A DNA stretch of 64,000 bases, from assembly GCA_951406725.2 (NCBI GenBank), contig OX597814.1, positions 148,304,001 through 148,368,000 of the forward strand, written 5' to 3'. Below the pieces are notes generated by a model. The model did not search any database. It saw nothing but the letters and a program-made list of their open reading frames with translations, and was not told the origin of the DNA. This stretch comes from Octopus vulgaris. Lineage: Eukaryota. The first letter of the stretch is position 1. Each line of letters starts with the position of its first letter. This document shows positions 37,261-50,488 of this stretch, in pieces. Both the position numbers and the translations under genes were made by a program.

Positions 37261-39963
37261 ATGATAGCTATCACCGAGACTTGGCTGACTCCAGCAGTAA
37301 AGGACTCAGAGATCCACCTGCAGGGCTACGTCCTTTTCAGATGTGACAGAGGAAAAAGGCGAGGTGGAGGTGTTGCTGTGTATGTTAAGTCTGAGCACAA
37401 ACCGTCCTGCGGTATTCTACCCACAAATGCTCAACCTACAACCAAATTCGATGCCGTCTATTGCAAGCTGAGCCTATCTGAGTTTTGCCTGCCCGTGTTG
37501 GCTGTCTACAGGCCGCCTCTAGCCGATCCCCAGGACGATGCTCATCTACTCGAAGCGAAAAGATTCGTTTCAGCTTCGCATGACTGCTTGGTACTAGGCG
37601 ACTTCAACGCTCCCACGATCGATTGGCCCGCATCAATTTGTACAACATCTTCCCGGTTCGGCCAGGCCCTTCTTGGCGTGGCTGAAGATTGTTTTCTATC
37701 GCAACATGTTGAATATCCGACAAGGCATCGGTCTGGGCAGCAGCCATCTATGCTAGATCTGGTATTCTCCCGCTATCCAAGATCAGTGTCAGACGTATCT
37801 GTGTGCGCCCCTCTTGCCAAGAGTGATCATGCGGTCCTGAAGTTCGTCATGCACACAACTTTTTCCACGCCCACGATTACTTCGCTGCCACGTAGAGTCT
37901 TCTCTGCAATTAATCTTGAAATTCTAACCGAGGCGTCCGCGCTTCTGGACTGGCGTTCCCTGATGACGTTGTCCTCAGTTGACGAACTATGGTCATCCCT
38001 CAAAGCATATGTAATCTGTTTGACTGACCAGGCAGTTCCCGTTGGACTTCCCAAGAGGAAGAAACACAAGCCCTGGGTGACGAAGAAGGTTAAACGAGAA
38101 CGTCGACTCAGAGATATTGCTTGGGCTGAATTCAAAAATCTGGATTCGACTGCAGCTTTTGAGGTGTACAAAACTCAACGAGACCGAGCCGTGAAAATTG
38201 AAAAGAAGGAACGCTTCAGTTATGAATACAAAATCGCGGCAAATGCCAGTAGCAATCCAAAAACCTTCTTTGCCCATGTCCAGCGGAATTCCCGCTTGAA
38301 CAACCAGATTGCAACGTTGGTAGACTCAACAGGCGTATCGATTGAGGACCCTTATCAACAGAGTCAATTATTTGCCGAGGCTTTTTCAACTATTTTCAAA
38401 CAAGATGATGGTCGTGAACCCCCTCCATTTGATAGATCGGTACCTCCAATGCTTCGATTGATCATCACGCGGGACCAAGTCAAACGTGTTATTCAAGGCC
38501 TCGATGTCAACAAGGGTCACGGCCCTGACGGCATACACCCACGGGTTATCAAAGCGTTGGCTCCGGTCATTTGCGAGCCCTTAACACGACTATTCAATAT
38601 GTCATTGGCGACGGGTGTTATACCTGCAGACTGGAGAACAGCGATAATCTGCCCAATTTTCAAGAAAGGGAGCCGCGAAGACCCGCTTAACTACCGACCG
38701 GTTTCCCTTACATCAATAATCAGCAAGATGTTCGAAACCATCCTTAAGAAAAGTATGATGCTCCACCTCCTAAACACAGCCTCGATCACTGATTCCCAAC
38801 ACGGCTTCGTGCCGAAGAGATCATGCTTGACCAACTTACTAGTAATGGAAGAATTGGTGACGCGCATCCTCGATGATAGTGATGCTGTTGACATCGTTTT
38901 ATTGGACTTTGCCAAAGCTTTTGACTCGGTAAACCACCGCCTACTACTTGTCAAGCTTCAAGCATATAGTTTCCATCCGGATATTGTACGATGGGTTGGT
39001 GCCTTCCTCTCAGATCGCTCCTTCCAAGTTCAAGTAAATGGTTCGCGGTCCGACGTCTCCAGTGCGAGCAGTGGCGTGCCTCAAGGTTCAGTGCTTGGGC
39101 CCTTGTTGTTCTTAGTCTTCATAAATGACTTGCCCGACGACCTCACGCAACACACCCTTCTATTTGCCGACGATATCAAACTGGTCGCTCCTCGCGGTAG
39201 TATAGAGGATCTTCGTCGATGCCTCCACCAAATTTGGAAGTGGTCTAACGATTGGGACCTGTGTCTGAACGTGTCAAAGTGCTGTCATCTGCCTGTCGGC
39301 TCTACTCCTGCAACTCAACTTGATTTCGAGCCGGGTCGTCTGCTGCTGGAGAGGACCGATCAGGTAAAGGACCTGGGTATCTTGGTGGATTCCTCCTTTT
39401 CGCCTTCGGCCCAGTGCGTCCATGCTGCCAACAAAGCGCGCGGAATTCTGTTTTTGATTCGACGGTCATTCGGAATGCTCACAGCAGCCATATTCCTGCC
39501 ACTCTATGTCACGCTGGTGAGACCCATATTGGAGTATGGGATTCAAGCCTCTTCTCCTTATCTCCTCAAAGACATACAGCACCTCGAAAGAGTCCAGAGG
39601 CTGGCTACCCGCATGGTTCATGGTCTCAAAAATTTGTCCTACGAAGAAAGGCTGAGGACGCTCGACCTTTGTTCTCTTGAAAAACGCCGCCGCCGTGGTG
39701 ATCTCATTCTCGCCCACAACATCATAAGCGGGAAGTGTAACCTCTCGAAAGAGCTGTTCTTCACTCCTGCTCCGGAGCGTCGGCTGCGGGGTCATTCCGA
39801 AAAGCTCTACCTGCGACGATTTCATCTCAATCGAAGGAGAGGAGCTTTCTCCGTCCGGGTTGCGGATCCGTGGAACAAGCTGCCAGACGAGATGGTGAAG
39901 ATGCCGACGACCGCTTTGTTCAAAGCCTCCCTGGACCTCAAGTGGCCTGAACTCTTTACATGA
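37261..39963 (+). CDS. LINE ORF2 polyprotein: AP endonuclease + reverse transcriptase (start of the EN domain missing)
   Basis: APE motifs AITETW, GGGVAVYVK, VYRPP, LGDFN, LDLVF, SDH. RT motifs GPDGIHPRV, NYRPVSLTS, QHGF, LDFAKAFDSVNH, GVPQGSVLGPLLF, LFADD, DLG. C-terminal LERVQRLATR..SYEERL..RRRRGDLI..RGH typical of the CR1 group. No stops. Confidence 0.93.
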   Translation: MIAITETWLTPAVKDSEIHLQGYVLFRCDRGKRRGGGVAVYVKSEHKPSCGILPTNAQPTTKFDAVYCKLSLSEFCLPVLAVYRPPLADPQDDAHLLEAKRFVSASHDCLVLGDFNAPTIDWPASICTTSSRFGQALLGVAEDCFLSQHVEYPTRHRSGQQPSMLDLVFSRYPRSVSDVSVCAPLAKSDHAVLKFVMHTTFSTPTITSLPRRVFSAINLEILTEASALLDWRSLMTLSSVDELWSSLKAYVICLTDQAVPVGLPKRKKHKPWVTKKVKRERRLRDIAWAEFKNLDSTAAFEVYKTQRDRAVKIEKKERFSYEYKIAANASSNPKTFFAHVQRNSRLNNQIATLVDSTGVSIEDPYQQSQLFAEAFSTIFKQDDGREPPPFDRSVPPMLRLIITRDQVKRVIQGLDVNKGHGPDGIHPRVIKALAPVICEPLTRLFNMSLATGVIPADWRTAIICPIFKKGSREDPLNYRPVSLTSIISKMFETILKKSMMLHLLNTASITDSQHGFVPKRSCLTNLLVMEELVTRILDDSDAVDIVLLDFAKAFDSVNHRLLLVKLQAYSFHPDIVRWVGAFLSDRSFQVQVNGSRSDVSSASSGVPQGSVLGPLLFLVFINDLPDDLTQHTLLFADDIKLVAPRGSIEDLRRCLHQIWKWSNDWDLCLNVSKCCHLPVGSTPATQLDFEPGRLLLERTDQVKDLGILVDSSFSPSAQCVHAANKARGILFLIRRSFGMLTAAIFLPLYVTLVRPILEYGIQASSPYLLKDIQHLERVQRLATRMVHGLKNLSYEERLRTLDLCSLEKRRRRGDLILAHNIISGKCNLSKELFFTPAPERRLRGHSEKLYLRRFHLNRRRGAFSVRVADPWNKLPDEMVKMPTTALFKASLDLKWPELFT

Positions 39964-40048
39964 ACACCACCCTGTACTTAACTCCATGTCCCCCTACATG
40001 GCCTTGCTATTTGCTTTTGAGCCAAATTAACTAACTAACTAACTAACT

Positions 40049-40050
<2 letters not shown>
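37261..40050 (+). mobile_element. CR1-group LINE, 5'-truncated, short 3'UTR, (CTAA)n tail
   Basis: 900-aa ORF, ~65-bp 3'UTR, TTAACTAACTAACTAACTAACTAA tail (40028-40050), sharp GC rise relative to the flanks. Confidence 0.93.
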
Positions 40051-40112
<62 letters not shown>

Positions 40113-40121
40113 TATGTATAT

Positions 40122-40325
40122 AGGCGTAGGATTGGCAAGTAGCTTGCTTACCAACCACATGGTTCCGGGTTCGTCCCACTGCGTGCCACTTTGAGCAAGT
40201 GTCTTCTATAATAGCCTCCGGCCGACCAAAGCCTTGTGAGCGGATTTGGTAGATGGAAACTGAAAAGAAGTTCGTCGTATATATGTATATATATATATAT
40301 ATACATATATACGATGGGCTTCTAT
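40122..40325 (+). mobile_element. Partial copy of the CORE-like SINE family targeted by the Tx1
   Basis: AAGTAGCTTGCTTACCAACCACATGGTTCCGGGTTC..GAGCAAGTGTCTTCTA..GGCCGACCAAAGCCTTGTGAG. Other partial or decayed copies at 45427-45500, ~27780-28145, ~47730-47880, ~20110-20240 and ~59800-59965. Confidence 0.8.
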
Positions 40326-40452
40326 ATATAATATGTTATATTTTGATGTGATATTTCTTCAAAAAATCTATTATAAAACGTCAAGTAGTATTAATAAGTT
40401 TGAAGATGGAGAGATTCAACGGATATAAATAAATTTATTTATTAATTAACAT

Positions 40453-40555
40453 AGCCTACAATTGTTTCACTTCCCACCTAATTTAAATCACAAAACATGT
40501 ATAATAATAATGTAAGTTTACTTTCTGAGTAATCTGAGTTGAAGATCTTCAGGGC
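40453..40555 (-). ncRNA. Hammerhead ribozyme with an extended stem II
   Basis: Minus strand GCC-CTGAAGA-TCTTC-(~65 nt)-GGAAGT-GAAAC-AATT-GTA-GGC. A partial inverted copy, AAGTGAAACAGTTGTAGGC, lies at 41042-41060. Confidence 0.6.
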
Positions 40556-40625
40556 AAAATGGACATTGCAGAGTCTATATTTCGATCAGTTGAAATATTG
40601 GAACACACTGAAAATGAAAATTTAT

Positions 40626-40674
<49 letters not shown>

Positions 40675-40898
40675 CCATCACCATCACCATCATCATCACC
40701 ATCACCACCACCACCACCATCACCATCATCATCATCATCATCATCATCATCACCATCACCATCACCATCACCACCATCATCATCATCATCATCATCATCA
40801 CCATCACCATCACCATCGCCATCGCCATCACCATCACAATCATCATCATCATCACCATCACCACCACCATCACCATCACCACCATCACCACCACCACC

Positions 40899-40930
<32 letters not shown>

Positions 40931-40951
40931 CATCATCACCATCACCATCAC

Positions 40952-41014
<63 letters not shown>

Positions 41015-41032
41015 TATTATTATTATTATTAT
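40626..41032. repeat. Compound (CAT/CAC)n-(TAT)n trinucleotide microsatellite
   Basis: Seen directly; the source of the poly-His, poly-Asp, poly-Ile and poly-Met ORFs. Confidence 0.98.
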
Positions 41033-41074
41033 ATGTTTTGTAAGTGAAACAGTTGTAGGCAAAGTTAATGTATG

Positions 41075-41111
<37 letters not shown>

Positions 41112-42579
41112 GCACAAATGGGTTATGGTTAACCACAGCTGTTCCAAAAGCATTGTTTAATCGATTACATCACGAGAAACAAATGGTTTTCTTCAGGTTT
41201 GGTGAAAATATAACATGTTGACTATGGAGTGACACACTTATTTGGCAACAACGGAGAAAGAGAAGACATCAAGATTTAACTAGGTTTATTATCTCTATGG
41301 GTCACAAACAATCAACAGATAATGCCACATCAAATTATGTATTCAAGTAGATGGCCAGAGATACGGAATATGAGAGAAACAGAGAAATAAATATGAAGAA
41401 GTGAAGAGATGCTATATTAAATGTTACCCAAATATTACAGGCATCCCCCCACACACACACTAAATAAACATAGACGCACATAGAGATATAAGCATGCGCA
41501 GATGAAGACATACAATAGAAATACAAAATGGCTGACGGTTAGTAAGGAGAGACACAAGTAAGTGAGAAGAAAACAAAGGACCACTGATCGGCTAGTGTCC
41601 ATAATAGTGAAACACCTTTGTTCAAATGATTCCTACAACTAATGAATAATATATATATATATATATATATAACACCAAATATATATGTGTTAAGGTATGT
41701 AGAAAAATACAACATGGACAAGAACGTATAACTCTTCAGAAGACGACTTCACATAAAAACACGGACAGGACATTCGAAACCTAGTCTTCAGTCAAGAACC
41801 GGATCATCGTAGTAATTTATGATTAATCTTGAGATTACTAGATCACGGCCAGCCCTCCAAAAAAATTGTTTAATCGATTAGCATTAGAAAAACTACGTTT
41901 TGGGAGCGTAGATTTCTGGAAGAAGGATCGAATGCATACGGACACCAGGACAACAAAAGGGACGAATAGAGAAGAAAACAAAAAAGGTTTATTATGTCTA
42001 TGGAATACAGAAACATGAAATGCCACATCAAATTAACAAGTAGAAAACAACAACGGAATATGTCTTACGACTGATAACAAGCAAACAAATTTTTTCTCTG
42101 GCGCAAGGAAGAGAGCCTTATATATATATATATATACATATTTGAAATAAGTATAACGAAACTGGTATAGTAAAAATTTATTTCCTTTTATTTTGCAATG
42201 TCATACGGCATACTTTTTGAGGTTACGATGACCAACAAGTTATTTCACGGTACAGCATATGGGCAGTTGCTAATGCAACTTGACGTAATTTTCTGTGAAG
42301 CTTCGTTCAAGGTATTTCATCTATCTTGGCTCGTTAGCTATAATCTGGAACATAGTTGAGAGCTACCACAGTGTCCGCAGGGATAGTATATCACTCTAAA
42401 CTCTCTCTCTCTCCCTCTCTCTCTCTTTCTCACACTCATACGGCATACTTTTGATACACACACAAGTTATTCCACAGACAAACAGTTGCACGAATTCACA
42501 CGCTTGACGTAATACACACATACACACATAGACGCATACGTACTTGTATATATATATATATATATACAATATATATATA

Positions 42580-43053
42580 TTCTTCTCCTTCCTCTTCTTC
42601 TTCATCATCATCATTATCATCATCGTCGTCGTCATCATCATCACCACCATCATCATCATCATCTTCTTCTTCTCCATCTCCTTCTCCTTCTTCTTCTTCT
42701 TCTTCTTCTTCTTCTTCATCATCATCATCATCATCATCAACATCGTCATCTTCTTCTTCTTCTTCTTCTTCTTCTTCTTCTTCTTCTTCTTCTTCTTCTT
42801 CTTCTCCACCTTCTACCTCTTAACTTTGTCACTAATGCTTTTTAGTATAACACCTACGCAAATTCCATAAACAAGCCTTTCAATAGAAATATTCTCCTGA
42901 ATTGAACTGCGACTGCTAGCCGCCACTGACCATTCAAAATACGACCATCAGGGCACTCCCAGATTTTCCCACCCCCTCTCCTCATCAGCCTTCTTCTTCT
43001 TCTTCTTCTTCTTCTTCTTCTTCTTCTTCTTCTTCTTCTTCTTCTTCTTCTTC
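42580..43053. repeat. (TTC)n/(ATC)n compound microsatellites
   Basis: Seen directly at 42580-42810 and 42990-43053. Confidence 0.95.
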
Positions 43054-43208
43054 TACCCTACCAAGAATTCACAACGACCTCGAACACACAAGTGCAAACA
43101 AGGGAGCCAGAGAAAGGCAGAATGCCACTTATATCTGAACACTATACAAATATTCCTTTAAAAAAAACTTTTCTTCTAATTTTTCTAAATTTAATTATTT
43201 AATCGTTA

Positions 43209-43246
43209 CAGTTGAAAAGGTCTCAAAATGACCGAAACCTGTACTG
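43209..43246 (+). ncRNA. Degenerate hammerhead motif upstream of a (TA)n tract
   Basis: CAG-TTGAAAA-GGTC-tcaaaat-GACC-GAAAC-CT-GTA-CTG. Stems I and II pair; the core has two mismatches. Confidence 0.45.
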
Positions 43247-43332
43247 AAATGTTCTTTATGAAATTATTTTAGCATTTTCTATTTTGACTTGTTTTTTCAT
43301 ATATATCAACTCGTGTGTTCCTTTTCACCCTT

Positions 43333-43395
<63 letters not shown>

Positions 43396-43594
43396 CATAC
43401 ATACATATATATATATGTATACACATATATATATATTATATATATATATATATATTATATATATATATATATATGTACACACACATATATATATATGTAT
43501 ATACCAATATATGCATATATATATACAAACATATGCATACATATATATACTTATATATATACACATATGTGTAATATACATATAGATATAAATC

Positions 43595-43643
<49 letters not shown>

Positions 43644-44396
43644 AGAGAGAGAGAAACATCGAGATTGAGAGAGATGCGGAGAGAAAGGGAGATCACGACC
43701 CAATTCTTCACATACTAGCGAACATCCGCATTTGAATTAACGTAATCTTTGACGTATCTTAAATGATTTAATATTGTGCGCATTCTTTTTTTTTTCCGAA
43801 TAGAAAGATTGTACATCAGTCGGGAAATGCTTGCATGACTGTGTGGTACTCAACAGTACCGCAGTTTATATTTCCGCCTCCATTTAAATTGGCTAGCTCT
43901 TTTCACACAGCCTGTTGCCTATCCAACGCCAACACATATCACATCAAATTGAGAGGCTATAAATTTAATTAATATGTATGTAGGCTAATGTGTATAACTT
44001 TTTTTTATGTGTTAGATTGGCCCCTTGCTATTTGAATAATGTGTATGAATTGTAATTTATATGCAAAATATTAATATACTCAAACATTAAATGAGTTTAA
44101 TTTTGTTTTTCACGCAACTACGATGATTTCGTATATGCAGTATAATTGGAAATTATTTTGTTACACACAATGGCACAAATGTGCTAACATTGCATAGCGG
44201 TATACACACATGCGTGCATATACACATGTATGCATGTATGTACATACATAATTATATACACATACACAGGTCTATTATACATATGTGCATGATATATGCA
44301 TGCATATTTATACACTCTTATACATACATACAACTGTATGTGTGTGTGTATATGTGATGTATCTGTGCATGTATGTAGGTATGTAAGTATCTCCTG

Positions 44397-44459
<63 letters not shown>

Positions 44460-45074
44460 TATGTATGTATATGTATATATATGTATATGTGTGTGAGTGT
44501 GTGTGTGTGTGTGCGTGTGTGTGTGTGTGTGGTGACAGAGAGAGAATACCAAGAGCTGAAAATTTTCATTTCCAATAACCATTTCAAAGATATATTTTAT
44601 GCTTCCTAAATGATGGTTCTCAGGTCCTAGTGTGGTATCGTTTCTTTCAGGATCATATCTCCACGTCCAGTTGTCACAGTGGAATTGAACCTGCTCCAGT
44701 TTACAGCCCAGGAGCAAACCCAGAGAGACCCATAGAGAGGGAAGGCCTCACAATATTTTCGCAACATCTACGGCGGTACTGATTGTGTATGATGTATTAG
44801 GTACAGGAGTTAATGACTGCGCGTGCGTGTGTGTGAGAGTAAATATGTGTACGTGTGAATTGTCTGTGTGTGCGTACGTGTGTGCGTGCGTATGTGTATA
44901 TGTGTGAGTGTGTGAGTTTAACCAGCAGAACTTCTACATAACCGGGCTTGTGGTTACTCAGAGTTTCGGTGCATGACTTTAAAAAATAATAAAATGCGTT
45001 CGATTGGTCCGACTAATATCACTGTCTTATGGCTTTACGGAGTAAAAAATACAAGAAATGTATATATATATATA

Positions 45075-45294
45075 ATACACCAAATTTATTTTGAAGTTGT
45101 GGGAGCAGTCGTCTTCGAGAGCTCATGTCGTGCAATGCTCGAAATGAGGAGTAAATAGACAGCCGACAACCGATGAAGGGTCGTTGTTTGTGTTACTTGT
45201 CCTGTTTTCAAATTATTTTCTCTCGTTTTTTGCGTATCTAACTCGCTTGGTTTCGTAATGCATGTTGTTTACAGAAGGTGACGTCCTGTACCCA

Positions 45295-45295
<1 letters not shown>
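45075..45295 (+). repeat. Dispersed (TA)n-flanked repeat; inverted partial copy at 1804-1915
   Basis: GAGGAGTAAATAGACAGCCGACAACCGATGAAGGGTCGTT (45147-45185) matches the reverse complement of 1804-1845. Both copies abut (TA)n. Confidence 0.7.
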
Positions 45296-46165
<870 letters not shown>

Positions 46166-46458
46166 ATGTATCACATTAAATGTGTATGTAGGTGTGAGGA
46201 TCTATGTGTGTATGTGTGTGTACTAACACTAAATGGAAACTTGTTCATGTATATAATTTATAAGTTCATACACAATTACACACACCCCACTGCTTATACA
46301 TACACATAATAATACAAACACACATACATCCACATATATATATACACTACATGTCTGCATGTAAACATATGTATATGTATATATATAGTCATACACGCAC
46401 ATGCAACATATATCCACACGTGTTTATGTTTGCTTGCGTGTGTAAGTGTGTCTTTGTG

Positions 46459-46554
<96 letters not shown>

Positions 46555-47456
46555 TGGGTCTGTGTGCGTGTGTACGAGTGAGTGTTAGTATGCCTTTCCG
46601 ATGGGGAATTTTTCAGTATTTCGCATCAATTTCGGTAAGAATTTTTGTATACTGCAAAGTTGAAATAATTGAATATTTAGTCAACTTTAACACTAATACA
46701 TTTATTCTTGTAGAACCATTGTTTTCTCTATATTTCACGTCATAATATAAATTGCATACATGCTGTGCATATATATATATATATATATTGCATTTTTATC
46801 TGAATGTGTTTATTTATTAGTATATATATATCACATACATGAACACTTAAGTCCCGTTTTAAAACAATTCAGTTAAAACATTCTGAAATTAATAGAACAA
46901 ATGATAATAATAATAATACTTACTACTGTAACTTCCTGGTTTGTCTTTAGGTCACAACATATACTATAATATGTAAATACCATTATATTGGTAATGTTCA
47001 AAATATCAGTTGTCGCGACAGAGAAGTTTATTCAAAAATCAGGGTAAGGATGAACATGCTATACAACACGCGAATTTCAAATTAATAGAAATATATAGTA
47101 AAAGAGAAAAAACAGACCACTATAATTTACCCAATGTATAGATTAAATTGTAGAAGCAAGTAAATCTTTTAAGTATTTATACCCACATATATTTCGGACA
47201 TATCTATCACCCGACATCACTTCTCATATATAAGTATGTATGTGTGTATACAGGAGTTTGTGTTCATGTGTGTGTGTATGTGTGTGTGTGTTGGACATAC
47301 AGATAAGCACAGTTTTTTTTGCAACACGCAATTTACCATCATAGTGACACAGTTAATTGCTTTGTTGTACGATGAGCTCAAATAGATAGTGTTTCATTTC
47401 CAAAAGATAACCATTCCAATGTTTAAGAATATATACATACATAAACAGAGAGTGGG

Positions 47457-47545
<89 letters not shown>

Positions 47546-47599
47546 CATGGATAGATAAAGAGATACATATATAGACAGAGACAGATAGATAGATAAATG

Positions 47600-47672
<73 letters not shown>

Positions 47673-48285
47673 TCATATATTTATTACATATATATATATA
47701 TATATATGTTACATGTATATATATATATCTTCTACTTGTTTCAGTTATCTCACTGTGGTCATGCTGGGGCACCGCCTTGAAGAAAAATGTAGGGTTGGTC
47801 CCTTGCGTACGACAAACCCTACAATATTCTTCCAGCCGGTGCTCCAGCATGTCCGAAGCCAAAACACTGAAATAAGTAACACACACATATATAAGGAGAG
47901 GGAGAAAGAGAGAGAGAGAGAAAGAGATAGAGAGAGAGAGAGATTATTGTTTGAATTCTTGTCTAACGACCTCTCAGGCGGAAGCAGTGGCACGAAATAC
48001 CATTCACGAGACAGAAGTTCTGTTTCCATAATAAACCAAATATATACATGGACTGAGCGCACCCCTTTCATTCTCTCGACCCTAATAAACGTTGGTTTGT
48101 GCTTAGACGTTTTGATACCAAGTTACATGGTTACGCATACCACCTACGTTATAATTAATGGAATACCTATCCAGCACTTACACCATTGTTATTAATTGAA
48201 CACCACTAGGACGACTCTCCTTACCTTTATGGAATTAGATCCCGGATAATAATATATATTATTAATTTAACTTTACAGAGACCTA

Positions 48286-48353
<68 letters not shown>

Positions 48354-48356
<3 letters not shown>

Positions 48357-49439
48357 TGGAAAAGATACCTCGATGACTGTTTCATCATCTGGGACAAAGG
48401 CATAGAGAAACTTGAGGAATTTAAAATTCTATTAAATGGAATAAATGACAATATACAATTCACGATGGATCACAACGAAAAAGAATTACCATTTTTAGAC
48501 ATCCTCATTAAGAAAACCGGCAACAAAATAGAGACATATATCTACTATAAACCGACAGACTCTAAACAGTACCTACCCTTTGATTCATGCCACCCACGAC
48601 ACACTAGAATGAATGTCCCTTTTTGTTTAGCTAGAAGGATTTGCACCATAATATCAGACACAAACACCCGACACACACGTCTCCAGGAACTTAGAACCAC
48701 ACTCACAAATAGAAACTATCCACAGCCCCTAATAGACAGTGCAATCCAACGGGTACTTAAATTAAGTATAGAAGACCTGAGACAAACAAAACCAAAAAAG
48801 AAAGAACAATTAAAAACCCTTCCCTACATCTCTACACACAACCCACTCAACAATGAGGCCTTCAACACCATACTACAAAGCACAGCCCTACTAAAGGGAG
48901 ACCCAAAGATGAACCGGATCCTCGAAACACACACCATCATTAAAAGTAAACGGCAACCAAAATCCTTGAAAAGGATTTTAACCCAAGCTACACTGCACTC
49001 AACATCAACCACAAAACCAGCAGTTAGAAAATGTGGAAGGCCCAACTGCGGAATCTGTGTCATCTTGAAAGAAGGATCAGAATTTATACTGGAACAAGGC
49101 CACCAGTTCACCATTAGAACAAACTTCACCTGCGCATCAGAAAACTTAATTTACGTCATAACATGCGCAGGCTGCAATAGGCAGTATATAGGCCATACAA
49201 AAAATAGCTTACGTAACAGGATGGCGGTGCATAAATCACAAATTAGAAACCCTGATTACCGCAAAATACCGGTCAGCGGACACATAGATAGATGTGCTGG
49301 AAATGTAAATCCGAAATTTACAACTAACCCGCTCTATAAATTCAGTGACAACGCAACCTTCACACAACGCCAAAATAAAGAACTATATTTCATAAAAAAA
49401 TTTAGACCAAATTTAAACACCCTGGGCCAGGAATACTAA
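48354..49439 (+). CDS. PLE RT C-terminus/thumb + Cys-rich linker + GIY-YIG endonuclease (partial)
   Basis: In frame upstream of ORF 48465: YWKRYLDDCFIIWD. Then LPFLD, YYKPTD, YL..SCHP, NYP, CGRPNCGIC, NLIYVITCAGCNRQYIGHT, R..H and E..FIK..P.LN. Confidence 0.9.
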
Positions 49440-49607
49440 CACAAAAGATAAGTCCTCCGAAAAGGAGAAACAAAATTCCACCACGGCTGCTACTTCAAAC
49501 AGACACTCACTCTGACGGAAATATGCCTTAGTAAAAAAGGAAAAAAATTCTTTCGTGCAAATCTGACCCTGATACATACGATACAGCTAAGGGTCAGACC
49601 CGATTCT

Positions 49608-50072
49608 GATTGGTCAACAAGTTGATGACGTCTAGCTCTGCTAGAATGGACAGGATACAAACAGGGGACAGTCATTAGTCAGAATATTGATGACGTCCTT
49701 TTCTGCTTGAATAGTCACCTAACAAGTACAGACAGGGGGCAGATCTAATGTAGCTATTAGTCGTGATTGGGCAGAATCTGGATGACGTCCCGCTCTGCTT
49801 AACTAACGAAGCGACTGGTCAAAACAGGAAACAAACAAGAGGCAGATATAATGCAGCGATTGGTCAAAATAATGATGACGTCCCGTTCTACTTGACTAAC
49901 GAAGCGACTGGTCAAAACAGGAAACAAACAAGAGGGAGTTATAATGCAGCGATTGGTCAAAATAATGATGACGTCCTGTTCTACTTGATTAAAGCCACCT
50001 AACGAAACGATTGGTCAAAACATTGATGACGTCACGCTACGCTAGATTGACCACCTAACAGGCATTATAAAA
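49608..50072 (+). promoter_or_regulatory. Putative pLTR promoter/enhancer: six ATT(G/A)G-N12-TGACGTC modules followed by TATAAAA
   Basis: Modules at about 49609, 49674, 49766, 49859, 49952 and 50010. TATAAAA at 50066-50072. CCACCATGG at 50116-50124. Confidence 0.55.
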
Positions 50073-50392
50073 CCGAGCATTTCACAAAAACTCACTAGAA
50101 CCACCCAGCGAACTTCCACCATGGGTCATCACAATTGCTTAAGGTAAAAATGAATTCCTCGCTCTTTCGGAAACATCAATCTTCTGTATTGACCGCTTTC
50201 CACCACTTTGATCTGTTTTTTGTATTGAATACGTATCGCCACCGTGGGCCACTGCATCGAACACTTTGAACATATACTTCAAACTATATATCAACTATAC
50301 ATGAACTCTAAGATGTCTGACTCCGTTGTGTATTATAAATGAATTTCTTGTGTTTGACGGCATGAGCTGTCTTTTTTTATATATAACTTTTT

Positions 50393-50428
50393 TTGATAAG
50401 GTTCATTTCAGGAACTGAAACATGTTAT
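50393..50428 (+). ncRNA. Degenerate type I hammerhead ribozyme in the PLE pLTR
   Basis: TTGATAA (for CTGATGA)-GGTTC-ATTTCAG-GAACT-GAAAC-ATGT-T, with a palindromic short stem III (ACATGT) and two core substitutions. Confidence 0.55.
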
Positions 50429-50488
50429 AATGTATATATAAAAATTAAAAATTGTATAATACAGCAGCATTTTCGAACTTCATTTTTT

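Noticed and set aside
40028-40050. (CTAA)n resembling a telomeric repeat
   Set aside because: It is the short tandem-repeat tail of the CR1-group LINE, not TTAGGG or TTAGG.
40539-41153. Poly-His, poly-Ile/Thr, poly-Asp/Gly and poly-Met/Val ORFs
   Set aside because: These are four frames of one (CAT/CAC)n microsatellite, which has no stop in these frames. There is no coding context.
42396-42870. Poly-Lys/Met and poly-Phe/Ile ORFs
   Set aside because: (TTC)n/(ATC)n microsatellite.
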